Positions 21,653 through 34,047 of a stretch of 64,000 nt of DNA are shown piece after piece (positions within the stretch are counted from its first letter, which is position 1; each line of letters opens with the position of its first letter). Source of the stretch: Octopus vulgaris (Eukaryota); the NCBI GenBank assembly GCA_951406725.2, contig OX597816.1, positions 118,606,001-118,670,000 of the forward strand, written 5' to 3'. The position numbers and the translations under genes were made by a program. The notes under the pieces were generated by a model, which had not been told where the DNA came from, did not search any database, and saw nothing but the letters and a program-made list of their open reading frames with translations.

Positions 21653-23990
21653 TGTAGTGACTAGGGAAGCCATAATTGGTTACCGTAGCACTACCTGCTA
21701 ATGCACAGCAACCAAATATGACTTTCCTGTATAGTGACCAGAGAAGCAAAATTTGGTTGCTGCGCATTAGCACAAAATTGCCACAGCAACATCAGCCTAT
21801 TACAGCCGGCTGCAGATTAATACATGGCAGCTTCTGCCCAGCAGTGTTGTGCACTGTTTTTGATTTAGTTAGTAGAAGGACACAGGATGACCAACACAGA
21901 ATTTTCATCGCAAACATCTCCTAGTTTCTCACTGCAACTTAGTGTTGTGAACACCTTTTACAGTCCAGCTCCCTAAATGAAATTGACACCATGAATAATT
22001 CTTTCTCTTTCTTGTTGATTCTGGTGGTGCTACTGGTAGTATTTGGCCAGTTAAATTCACCAACCTTCATTTTCTGCAATCGCCCTGCAAGATGTGAACA
22101 ACTCGCCTATACAGACGTACAGTCAATACTCTCTTTTCTTGGATTTGGCTCTGTGAAGAGATTTTCAATGGATTTTAATCATTGCTGACCTGCCTTACCC
22201 AATCCGCAGTGTGGATTTTCTCCATCACTACTCTCTTCTCTTTGATGTTCATAAGCAGCGACTTCCAGACAGTAGTACTGAATCTGCTATTTTTGGAAGA
22301 AAGTTGAGCAGCCCAGTATTCTTTATCACAGTGGTTAGAAACCCACATCACTCAATTTTGGACATTTTCTGGGAGCTCACTTGAATTTCCAGGTGAGTGC
22401 ACCTGCTCACACTACAAAACATATTATATCTACAAAGGGTGCTCCAGTGTTTTCATATCCTCATCATCTGCCTCCGGAAAAGCTCAAAGCAGTGAAAGCC
22501 AAGTTTAATCACATGCTGCAGCTCAGAATTATCTGCTCTTCCACAAACCAATGGGCCTCAGCCCTGCACATGGTCCCTAAGGGCTCTTGCAATTGGAGAC
22601 CTACAGGAGATTTCAAACATCTAAATGCTATCACCATTCCTGGTAGATATACAATTCCTCATCCTCAAGATTTTGATTCCTCACTGTTTGGATGTACTGT
22701 ATTTTCCAAGCTTGATCTTGTGAGAGCTTATCACCAGATTCCTGTTCACCATGAGGACATCCCGAAACTGCAGTAACAACCCCATTTGGCCTTCAAAATG
22801 CTGCCAGCACATTTCAGCAGTTCATGAAGTCAATCCTAGAATTGATTTCATCTCTGCATATATTGATGATCTTTTGATTACCAGTTCTTCTGCTGAAGAA
22901 CATACTCAACATTTGAAGCTACTCTTCCAATTTAAAATGTGGATTAACCCTGCTAAATGTGTTTGGGTCATATCCTCCCTTGTGTTTCTTGGCCACATCA
23001 TTGACAAAGAGGGCATTAGACCTCTTCCAGAGAAAGTGCAGGCTACTGAGGACCTTCTTCCTCCAACTTCCCTTCGCCAGTTGTGCCATTTCCTTGGCTT
23101 GCTGAACTTTTATCACCACTTTATCCCTCACTGTGGCTGAACTCCTGTCTCTACTTCCCAAGCTCTTAAAGAATCATCATAAGAAGAACGACACTATTGC
23201 ATTGACTCTGGCCAAGATGGAAGCTTTTGATGCTGTGAAATGTGACTTGCTAAAGCATCTCTACTCACACACCCTGTCTCCAATACAAAGCTTTTGCTTG
23301 TGGTTGATGCAAATCCAGCTTCTGCAGATTCAGTATGACATCTCTGAAGCCCTGCCCACTCTGTCTCAACTTGGATTCTCAACCTCAGTGAAGCTCATTT
23401 TGGCTACACTCTTCCAGCCACCACTTGGGATTACATTCACTGGCTGATATTAATCCTGCATCCACTTGCAGCACACCAGACACACACTTCCATCACAGCC
23501 ACTTTCATCTCATTGCCCCCTGGCATGTAAATATTTCCACTGACCATTCTCATGTTTGTACATTTTGCTTTTCTTGTTTTCTTTTTCCAGTGTTTATACA
23601 TTTGGTTTTGCATTTTTCTTCTTCATTTTTTCTTGTTTATATCGACTTGCAGTCTGCAGCAAGGTAATGTAGTGACCAGGGAAGCCATATTTGGTTGCTG
23701 TGCATTAGCACACTAGTGCTATAGCAACTTCAGTCCATTAAAGCTGGCGGCAGATTAATACATGGCAGCTTCTGCCCAGCAGTGTTGCGCACTATTTTCA
23801 ATTTAGTCAGCGGAAGGACGTGGGACAACCAAGACAGAATTTTTTTCTTTGCAAATGACTTCTAGTGTCTCAATTTAACTTAGCATCACAAACACCTTTT
23901 ACAGTTCCGTTCCTTCAATGCAATTGAAGCCATGAATAATTCTTTCTCATCCCAGCCAGCACAGGCCATCTTATCACTGCTAGCTTATCA
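21653..23990 (+). mobile_element. Internally deleted, decayed Ty3/Gypsy LTR retrotransposon
   Basis: Direct repeats starting tgtagtgac.agggaagccat at 21653 and 23668; protease motif FLVDSG at ~22008; RT motifs WASALHMVPK, FSKLDLVRAYHQIP and YIDD (22859-22870); frameshifts; gag and most of integrase missing. 3' boundary approximate. Confidence 0.9.
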
Positions 23991-24529
23991 CTGCTTATGA
24001 CTTCTCATTCATGCCTATATAAGTTATTTCGGCTTCCTTGACTCACTTACATACCTTACATATACATACAGGGTTCAACTCTCACTACTTGTCTGAAGTT
24101 GGACACTTACCATTGTTACTACTTGCCAGCACTCACTGGATTAAATAAAGCTTAATGTTTTGTTATAAATGAACTGCCTTCTGACAATGTTTTCTACTCA
24201 ACTTCATGTAAACCTGAACATGAAACATTGGTGACCTAAACGTGTGAATATTCCTCAAAATGAAATGAACCCTTTGAATCACTCATTTGCTGCATTTTTT
24301 TTTTGTTTGAACCACATGTGTGACTTTTGCTTTTATTTTATCTTCATGATAGCTCCCATCTTGTTCACTTTTCTTTTCCCCATGGAACCTTGTGGTGTAT
24401 TACACATACACTGCTGGACTTCATGTGCATGTCTCACCTCAATTTGAATTTCAGTTTCCACTTACTGCCATTGATAGAATTTCGGCCTATTTTTTCATTT
24501 ACACCATTCCCTGGATTTATTTTATCATA

Positions 24530-24912
24530 ATTGGACAGAAAATAAAAAGACATGGGAAGAAGTGGTGAAGCATGATCTTAAAATGTTGGGTGTCACAGAG
24601 GTGATGACAAGTGACCAAGACCTTTGGCAATATGCCATGCTTAAGAAGACCCATCAAGCCAAGTGAAATCATAGTCTTGGCTGATGCTGGTGTAATGTAA
24701 CTGGCACCTGTTCTGGTGGTACATAGAAGCACCTGTTCTAGTAGCAAGTAAGAAACACCTATTACACTCTTGGGGTGGTTGGTGTTAGGAAGAGCATCCG
24801 ACCATAGAAACCATGCCAAATCAGACTGAAACTTGGTGTAGCTCTCCAGCTTGCCAGTCCCAGTGAAACCATCTAACTCATGCCAGCATGGAAAGTAGAT
24901 GCTAAATGATGA
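24530..24912 (+). mobile_element. 3' end of an RTE-clade LINE
   Basis: KTWEEVVKHDLKMLGVTEVMTSDQDLWQYAM remnant, 3' UTR and taaatgatgat tail. Confidence 0.75.
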
Positions 24913-24947
24913 TATATAATATACATATAATATATAATATACATATA

Positions 24948-25336
24948 GGCGCAGGAATGGCCGTGTGGTAAGTAGCTTGCTTACCAACCACATGGCTCCG
25001 GGTTCAGTCCCACTGCGTGGAACCTTGGGCAAGTGTCTTCTACTATAGCCTTGGGCCGAACAAAGCCTTGTGAGTGGATTTAGCAGATGGAAACTGAAAG
25101 AAGCCTGTCATATATATGTATATGTGTATGTGCGTGTATATGTTTGTCCCCCAGCATTGCTTGACAACCGAGGGTGGTGTGTTTATGTCCCCATAACTTA
25201 GTGGTTCAGCAAAAGAAACCGATGGAATAAGTACTAGGCTTCCAAAGAATAAATCCTGGAGTCAATTTGCTTGACTAAAGACAGTGCTCCAGCATGGCCA
25301 CAGTCAAATGGCTGAAACAAGTAAAAGAGTAAAAGT
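24948..25336 (+). mobile_element. tRNA-derived SINE, family A, full length with internal microsatellite. Other copies: ~20037-20198(+), 36402-36820(+), 37687-37842(-), 44383-44910(+), 52370-52712(-), 59430-59775(-)
   Basis: tggccgtgtggtaag A-box, ggttcagtccc B-box, ccttgggcaagtgtctt core, tail gaaacaagtaaaaga; multicopy. Confidence 0.9.
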
Positions 25337-25930
25337 GTGTGTATGACGTTAAATGATGATGATGATGATGATGATATATAAAACTCATGTGGATGTGTAT
25401 GTATAGGGTGTGACATGGAAGTGGATTCTAGTCTTGGCCAGATGTTGTCTTCTTCTCAACTAAAGAAATTAAAGTGTAAGTATTTATATTCAAATAAACC
25501 AGTTTGTATACAGATAAACCTAATGTTTGGATGCTAAACTATAATTATTTTTTAAGAAAATAATCTGAAATAAAATATGTAAATATTCATTAAAAGAGTC
25601 AACATCCATGATAAAATTGCTAAGTTCAAACTAAAATTAGACGGTATGGAAGCAAATTGAAGAATATGGAAGATTGTTTAACCTGTAATTTGATACACTA
25701 GTATACCAGCACTCAACATGGCCAGATACCACCACATATACTTGCAGCCACATGGCTGTACAGGCTTATATATTCAGACACATAGTAATACTCACATACA
25801 TATTTATACAAACATTCAAGTATTAAGTATTCAAATTGGTCTATGAATACATACATGTACCAATTATAAAGATCTATACACACACATGCTTATGCACATT
25901 TACGTAAACATATTTAGCCATGCTGTATGA

Positions 25931-25965
<35 letters not shown>

Positions 25966-26497
25966 GGCATGTAGCTTAGTGGTTAAGGTATTCGGCTCAT
26001 GATCGTAAGGTCATGAGTTCAATTTCCACCAGCGCATTGTGTCCTTGAGCAAGACACTTTATTTCATGTTGCTCCAGTTCATTCATTGAGTCGTACCTGT
26101 ATTTCAAAGGGTCAGCTTTGTAACATTCTGTGTCATATTTAATCTCCCTGAGAACTACGTTAATGGTACATGTGTCTGTGGAGTGCTCAGTCACTTGCAC
26201 GTTAATATCACGTGCAGGCTGTTCCGTTGTAGGTCTTTCCATTTATCCCAATTGATCAATAGACCAATTGAGTAAACCTATCTATAATGACTACTGGAAG
26301 CAGCTGTAAGCCAAGTTTGCTATAATAAAGGAATTTATGTGATGACCATGATTTTATCTTGCCTATTATATATATATATAATTTTCCTTTTTTATGAAAC
26401 ATTGTAACCTGCTATTTATATTAATTTTATACATACACATCAGCAAATCACTAAATCAGTTTGGATGATGAAAACATTTATACTAACAGAGAAGCAA

Positions 26498-26598
26498 GTC
26501 TGAAAAGAGCCGAGATTGAGCAGGCTTAACTGATGAGGCAACAGGAATTGCTGAAACTGATGTCAATGTTGAGAAATCTCGATCAGCATTTTTAGGAC
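26498..26598 (+). ncRNA. Type I hammerhead ribozyme-like motif, probably degenerate
   Basis: CTGATGA 26530-26536, stem II GGCAA/TTGCT, GAAA 26553-26556, stem I cttaa/ttgag plus cgagatt/aatctcg; the cleavage triplet reads ATG rather than NUH. Confidence 0.55.
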
Positions 26599-27322
26599 AA
26601 TTCAGCTCCCTATTAGCATATATGTTTCCTATTTCTTTGTTGCCCACAAGGGGCTAAACACAGAGGGGACAAACAAGGACAGACAAACAGATTAAGTTGA
26701 TTATATCAACCCCAGTATGTAACTGGTACTTATTTAATCGACCCCGAAAGGATGAAAGGCAAAGTCGACCTCAGCGGAATTTGAATTCAGAATGTAGTGG
26801 CAGATGAAATACCACTAAGCATTTTGCCTGGCATGCTAACGTTTTTGCCAGTTCGCCACCTAGTGTATATGTTTCCATTCATGTGCATTAAGTACAGCAT
26901 TAGAGCATTTTAGCTTTTATTTCTAGCAATGTAGGTGTTTCTTAACATCCTAGTCACATTTACTGACAATCATAATTCTCCTTTTTAATGAAACGTCACA
27001 ACCTGCAGTTTATTTTAATTTTATATATATACATTTTAGGAAATTCCTGCCAGCTTTTCGGAATCCGCAAGATGGGGGCACAACTGGAAGTCGATCACCA
27101 ATGGGAAAGGGAGATAATCCCCTATTGTTTACCTTCATAGAGAGGGGACTAGTCAATTACATCAACCCCAGTATTTCACTGGTACTTAATTTATCGATCC
27201 TTAAAGGATGAAAAGCAAAGGCAAAGCCAACCTTGGCAGATTTTGAACTCAGAACATGAAGGCAGACAAAATGCCACTAAGTATTTCACCCGGTGTGCTA
27301 ACAATTCTGCCAGCTCATCGCC

Positions 27323-27324
<2 letters not shown>

Positions 27325-27382
<58 letters not shown>
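27325..27382. repeat. (AAT)n microsatellite
   Basis: Direct inspection. Confidence 0.95.
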
Positions 27383-27383
<1 letters not shown>

Positions 27384-28978
27384 GGATTATTACAAAGTAG
27401 CATTAGCATTACCTTTAATTCCTTTTCATATATATACAGCCTCCAATATACCTACACATGTTTCTACTACATTGATTAGTCACAGCTGAAATTGCAACCT
27501 TACTATGGTACCAGTGCAGTTTCTTCAGGATCTTCACTTTAATATCCTTTAATTTAACTGTTTAAAGCAGTGTCTACCAAACTGCATTCCATAGCACACC
27601 ACTGTTCTGTGAAAAATATTTGGGGGATTTTGGGAAAATGACCCAAGAACATTCGCAAAGTTTGAGAGCATAAATATAAATTAATTATATAAATCGTAAA
27701 ATACAATAAATATAAATTGATTGCATTACATGGCGAACAGCAGTTTTACTACAATATATTACATTTCTGCATTTAAACCAGGATTGTCTAAGTAAATTGT
27801 TTAGTAGTTCTGGTAGTTTTTAATTGTTGATTTATTTATAATTTACATATATTATTTTATGTTAATTTTAATCGATTTTTAGTTTTAGATTTAAACATGG
27901 ACAAATTTTCATTGAAACCTCAGAAAAATGAGACATAGTGTCATAGCAAACAAGATGAACACCAGGATAAAAAGCCACCTCATCAAATCAAAAATATGAA
28001 AATTATATCCAGTATGAGTCTAATTTAAGTTCTCAACATTATTTAGCATCCCAACAGATGTCTTTTCATCAACTTCTCAAAGGATATTTAGGCTTAAGTA
28101 CAACTATTAAACACTTCCAAACTGAACTTCTCTTCTGACTTAATTACATATATATCTAATTAAGAACATATTATTAAAATGATTTCCTAATCCAGTATAT
28201 GCATTTGAGGCAGTATTTAATTAAAATAGTCATCTATATAAAGGGTAAAAGGGCAAAGAACCCCTTTGGTTATGAATGACAATGGGATTGCACCTAGAAA
28301 GTTACCCTCCAAAGCACAAGTCCAGGCAAGGTTGTTTTTGTGGAGTGCTAGCAGCTGTCCATGCATACCAGCCTCCCCTCTCCATGCCACCAATGTTATC
28401 CAAGGGAAAGGCAATGGCCAATACAGCTTGGCACCAGTGATGCCATAACTCATTTCTACAGCTGATTGAACTGGAGCAGCATGAAATAAAGTAACTTGCT
28501 CAAGAACACAACATACAGCCCAGTCCGGGAATCGAACTCACTACCTCATGATCGTAAGCCCAACACTCTAACCACTGAGTCATGTGCCTTCATCTATATA
28601 GCACACTTAATATGCTATACCAAATTTTTAATAAGCTGGGTTACTGTTTACAACGTCCATGAATGTTTATTTCCTTTTCTTTTATCAGAGACAACAAACT
28701 CTCATTCGAGTATGTGGTTGGGTGTGAGTACTTTGCCAGTGAAAAGGCTCAAAATTACTGAAATGCAGTTGATGCTCTCACTGGTCACTACTGGGATGAA
28801 TTTTCATCTCTCTCTGGTATTTGTTGTATTTTAAACACAGCAAGTCCATGAGAGATCTCAGGACACATACTGCTTTAATTGACCAATCAACAGTGTGCAT
28901 ACATAATGTTGTATATATAGTTGGCTATGTCCTTATCTATTGTCATATTTCTTTATTTATTAGAGTGGCTTTATCTGG

Positions 28979-29438
28979 TTAACCATTTAGCATTTAACCC
29001 TGTAACATTCAGATTTTTCTGTCAAATGTAGTGCTTATTTATCCACATTGATTTGAATTAGTTGTGCATGACCTTGTAGCTTTGAGATTTCAATGATGAT
29101 TGTCTATTTTCAGAATAATATTGTAGGGGAAGTGTGAGAGACTGAATCTGGTTAGTATGGGGATAAAACAGGGCTGGACATTTTGGCCAGATATGGCTAA
29201 TTCAAATGCTAAAGGATTAAACTGACCATATCTAGCCAAAGTATAGTACCTGTTTTATGTTCAGAAACATAAAACTGGTCAGATCTGGCTCCTCACAGCT
29301 TCCTTACAATGTCATTGTGAAAATAAGCAATCACATTATCGATATCTCCAAACTACAAAGTAATACATTACTAACTCAAAACAATGTGAATAAATAAGCA
29401 TTACATTTGACAGAGCAATCTGAGTGCCAAAGGGTTAA
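28979..29438. mobile_element. piggyBac-like MITE with a second copy nested in opposite orientation at an internal TTAA (28994-29220)
   Basis: TTAA at 28979, 28994, 29217 and 29435; ends resemble ccctttag/ctaaaggg; inner body is the reverse complement of the outer body. Confidence 0.7.
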
Positions 29439-30836
29439 GACAGAAGATCACATCACTGTTAATAACAGGCTAAAGTAAAAGACAATTGCCCAAGGTGCTA
29501 ATCAGTGGGATTGAACCTGGACCCATGTAGTTGGGAAACAAGCTCCTTACCACACAGCCATGCTTGTGCCTATACATTTATAATTTATTTTTATAGTCAA
29601 AATGCACCTCCACTACCTCTTCCTCATGTTTTCTAGGCTTAAGACCTCAAACAGTGTCTGTGGCACAAAATAAAAAAGCACCCGGTGTTCACTATTAAAG
29701 TGGTTTGTGTTTGGAAGGGCACCCAGTGATAGAAACCATGCCAAAGCAGACACTGGAGATTGGTTTAGTCCTTGAACCCTTTGGATACTGCCAAACCATC
29801 CAGCCCAAGCCGGCAGAGAACATGGACAATAAATGATGATGATGATGATATTGATGTTGATGATGATGACGACGACGATGATGATGATAGATATATACAT
29901 GTGTGTGTGTATGAGTGTGTTTGTGTGTGTGTGTATGCGTGCATCAAGTATATACATAATTTGTGTCATCCACAGTATTTTTTATAAGCTTTATTGAATC
30001 ATATTAAATAAATCATATTAAATAAATAAATAAGTAAATAAGATAAATTCTTTCACTGATGATGGGATAAAATGAGTAAAATGCTTTGAAACTTGTAATG
30101 GTCTCTCCATTTATCAAATATTTTCATACGTATTTTACTACAAAAGCAAAAATATCAATAATAATATTCTGATCGCAAGAATATATTAACAAGAAGAAGA
30201 AAGAAAACACCTCTCTCTCTCTCACACTCTATCTCTCACTCTCTGTCCCTCTCTCTCTCACTCTTTTATATGTACCTCTATTCCCTAATCATGAGAAAAA
30301 GCAAACATAAATAGTAAAGAAATAGAAAAAATTCCAAAGGTGAAAGCAATCTATATATCTATATATATATATATATATACGTCCACACATATACATATGT
30401 ATATATATATATGTGTATATACATACACACATATGTATATGTATATATACATACCATATATACATGTATAATATATATATGCATGTATGTATGTATTAAT
30501 GTATGAATGAGAAAAAGTATTTACAAAATTTATATACTTTTCAGATAAGCGTATAATAATCATGAATATTTTACATGCCATATTAGACAAGAAGTTATAG
30601 AGAAAGCATAATTCATGTCATACTTTACACTGAGTTTATCATTGCACAAATCAGATACAGAACAATCCTTTTAGCAATTTTTACTGGTGACAGTAAAGAA
30701 ATATTGATTTTTGACATTAGCACTAGGTACCATATTTTAGGAGGAAAACCCTATCAATAACAAGATATGACAATGGGTAATTAAATTTTTCTAATATAGA
30801 TGTGTGTGTATGTATATGTATCTATGTATATATGTG

Positions 30837-30882
<46 letters not shown>

Positions 30883-30883
30883 T

Positions 30884-31902
30884 AGAAACAGGCTTGGAAG
30901 GACTGGAAGAACGGTGGTAGCAGGGAAGTGTATCAGACTGCCAGAAGGGAAGCTAGGAGGCAGGTGTATTTAGCCAGAGGGGAAGCAGATAAGAAAAAAT
31001 TTGCCAATGTTCTGCGCCGTGAGGATGAAAGACTTGAGGTATTTCATGTTGCAAGACAGTGTGTGAGAGAGAATCATGACGTGGTAGGAGAGAAATGTGT
31101 TCGCAAGGATGATGGTTCACTTGCGCTAAATGAGGATGCAAAGAGAGAGGTTTGGAGGTACCACTATGAAAGGTTGCTGAATGAGGAAAATGAATGGGAT
31201 AAAGAGAGTCTGCCGAATGTCGACCCAACAGAGGGACCAGCAATCCGAGTTGACAGTTCCTTAGTAGTTAAGGCAATTACAAGCATGAAAACAGGGAAAG
31301 CCCCTGGCCCATCAGGAATTACTGCAGAGATGCTCAAAATATCTGGTAGTGTCGGCTATAGCCTAGTCACCCGTATAGTTAACCAGGTGATACACGAAGA
31401 AGTCATACCCAATGACTGGTGTAGCAGCATAATAGTCAACTGCTACAAAGGTAAAGGTGACGCCCTAGATACAAATAACTACAAGGGTATCAAGCTGCTG
31501 GATCAGGTAATGAAGGTTACGGAGAGGGTTATAGCCCAATTAATTAGAGAGAGAGTTAGCTTAGATGATATGCAGTTTGGGTTCGTGCCAGAGAAAAATA
31601 CTACTGATGCTATATTCCTGGTAAAACAGCTGCAGGAGAAATACCTAGCCAAAGATAAGCCCTTGTACCTGGCTTTTGTTGACTTGGAGAAAGCCTTTGA
31701 CAGGGTCCCCCGATCCCTTATCTGGTGATCAATGAGGAAACTAGGGATAGATGAATGGTTAGTGAGAGCTGTGCGAGCCATGTACAGAGACGCTGCTAGT
31801 AAGGTGAGGGTTGGCAATGAGTACAGTGAAGAATTCCGCGTAGAGGTTGGGGTCCACCAAGGTTCAGTCCTCAGTCCCCTCCTATTTATCATAGTCCTCC
31901 AG
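30884..31902 (+). mobile_element. RTE-clade LINE ORF fragment (N-terminal part of RT), truncated at both ends inside (TA)n
   Basis: KAPGPSGI, YKGKGD..NYKGIKLL, QFGF, FVDLEKAFDRV, GVHQGSVLSPLLF; one TGA at 31726-31728; ends before YADD. Confidence 0.95.
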
Positions 31903-31911
31903 AAAGAATCC

Positions 31912-31957
<46 letters not shown>

Positions 31958-31959
<2 letters not shown>

Positions 31960-32770
31960 TCATTATCTCCAAGCCTCTTTCTTTTCAGAATCATTAAAAG
32001 CAAGTGCACCATCATCCATGTGGACACATTTCTCTCCATTTCTCACCATTTTCTCTCACACACTGTCTTGCAATCCAAAATACTTCAGTTCATTGATCCT
32101 CACATCGCTGGACACTGGCAAACTTCTTTTCTGCGTAACCCTTGGCTATGTATACCTGCTGCCCAGCCTCCCTTTTGGCTATTTGGTACAGTTCACTGCT
32201 ACCCACCACACTTCCAGGCTTCCCAGGCCTGTTTCTTTGCTCTAATGGCTTTGTCTACCGTACTATTCCACCACCACATAACTCTAGGTCTGGAAGGGAC
32301 TTTACACCATCCGCAGACTTAGTCTGTGGCACTCAGCAAGCTGTCCCATAGGAATTTATACTACCTTCTATGTCCAATGTCTATAGTTCCTCCTTCCTCT
32401 CATCAAACTTTTTGATGAGGATGTCCCTAAATCTCAGACCATGTGAAGGGTTCTTAAGTTTCCAAATCCTTCTTTTTTGGATTGGTCTGCTTCTTGGTAT
32501 CCTTCTGTCCTCGAGCCTAAAGTCATTAATGACTAGCCTATGCTGGGGGGAACATTCTTCACCTGAGAGGGTCTTTATATTTAAGAGCAACCCTGTGTCC
32601 CGCTGTCTGGTAAGGATGAAATCAATCTGGCTAGTAGAGTCACCTGATTGATAGGTTATCAGGTGGCTGTCTGGTTTCCTGAAGTTAGTGTTGCAGATTA
32701 AAAGGTTACATGCATCACAGAACTCTAGTAGCCTAGTTCCCTCATCATTTCAGGAACCAATACCATGGCC
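31958..32770 (-). mobile_element. Older RTE LINE fragment (APE endonuclease C-terminus and linker)
   Basis: Minus-strand LLEFCDACNLLICNTNFRKP..HLITYQSG..SQIDFIL..QHRLV, with frameshifts. Confidence 0.85.
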
Positions 32771-32772
32771 AT

Positions 32773-33195
32773 GTAAGTGCCTTAGGAGAAAAACGGGGTA
32801 TAAGAAGCATTAGATGTAGTGTGTAATAGAGAAGACTATGCTGGTATGGTCAGGTGTGTGATGTGTATGGATGAGGACAGGTTTGTAAAGAAATGCCAAT
32901 CTCTAATTGTGGAAGGAACTTGTGGAAGAAGTAAGCCCAGGAAAATGTGGGACAAGGTAGTGAAATGTGATCTTCAGCTGTTGAGTCTCATGGAGACAAT
33001 GACAAGTGACTAATACCTGAATTGCTGTGTTTGAGAAGACATGTCTAGCTAAGTGAAATCATGATTGTGGTCACTGGTGGTGACACCTGGTAGGCACCCA
33101 TGCCAGGTAGACGTGAAAGGCAACTGTACCAATGACATGTAAAATGATACTCAGTACACTCGGTGAAGTTGCTGACAGGAAGAGCATTCGGCTTG
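32773..33195 (+). mobile_element. RTE LINE 3' end
   Basis: MDEDRFVKKCQSLIVEGTCGRSKPRKMWDKVVKCDL remnant plus 3' UTR. Confidence 0.8.
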
Positions 33196-33998
33196 GATTA
33201 CATTATCCGATATATTCTTATATTGATTAGGGTGTAGTTTGAAGGAGATTTGACTGCTGTTTCTATCAGGGTGAAAGAGACCCATGTAAAGGGTCTTTTA
33301 ATAGTTTGTTTCATTGATGTTGTATTATGTGGAGCATGACGCATGCTGATTACCTCTGATAAGATGTTCAAACTGATTTCCTTTTATAATAGAATTCAGA
33401 AGATAAAATACTTATTTAATATATTTATTCTATGAAATAGTTCATATAGCAATACATCTTACATTATATATATATATATATATTGTGTGTGTGTGTGTGT
33501 GAGAGAGAGTGTGTGTGTGTGTCTATGATCTGTATGTAATCAGAATATTTTGTGAAAATGAATATTTAAGTTAAATCAATGAAAATTAGTAAACAACAAT
33601 AACATTGGTTATAGAGTATGATATTTTTTTTCCTTTTTAGGTGGCAGAAGTGGGGTGAGGGATGGCACAAGAGATTAAAATTGATCCCTGATATTTGGCT
33701 GTTATTTATTTTATCAAATCCAGAAAGATGAAAAATAAAGTCAACTCTGGTGGGAAATTTACCAAAGCAAAGAGAGAATTTTTTTTGCCTTTATGATAAA
33801 ATTTACGAGACAGATATTTCCCCAGTGAAATAGTTTGTGCGTGTGTGTGTGCGCACATGCTTATATATGTATGTATGTATGTTTGTGCATGTATATATGT
33901 ATATTGAAAATGTTATTAAAAAATATGCATTTTTCTTAAAGTTATGAAAGAAAACCAAGTCAGAAGGAGGAGCACACTTCTGAAATTTCCTATATATA

Positions 33999-34033
<35 letters not shown>

Positions 34034-34047
34034 ATATATGTATGTAT

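Noticed and set aside
31726-31728. TGA at a probable Trp codon in the RTE fragment as another editing site
   Set aside because: A single nonsense change in a dead element. It is a reminder that TGG>TGA also arises neutrally.
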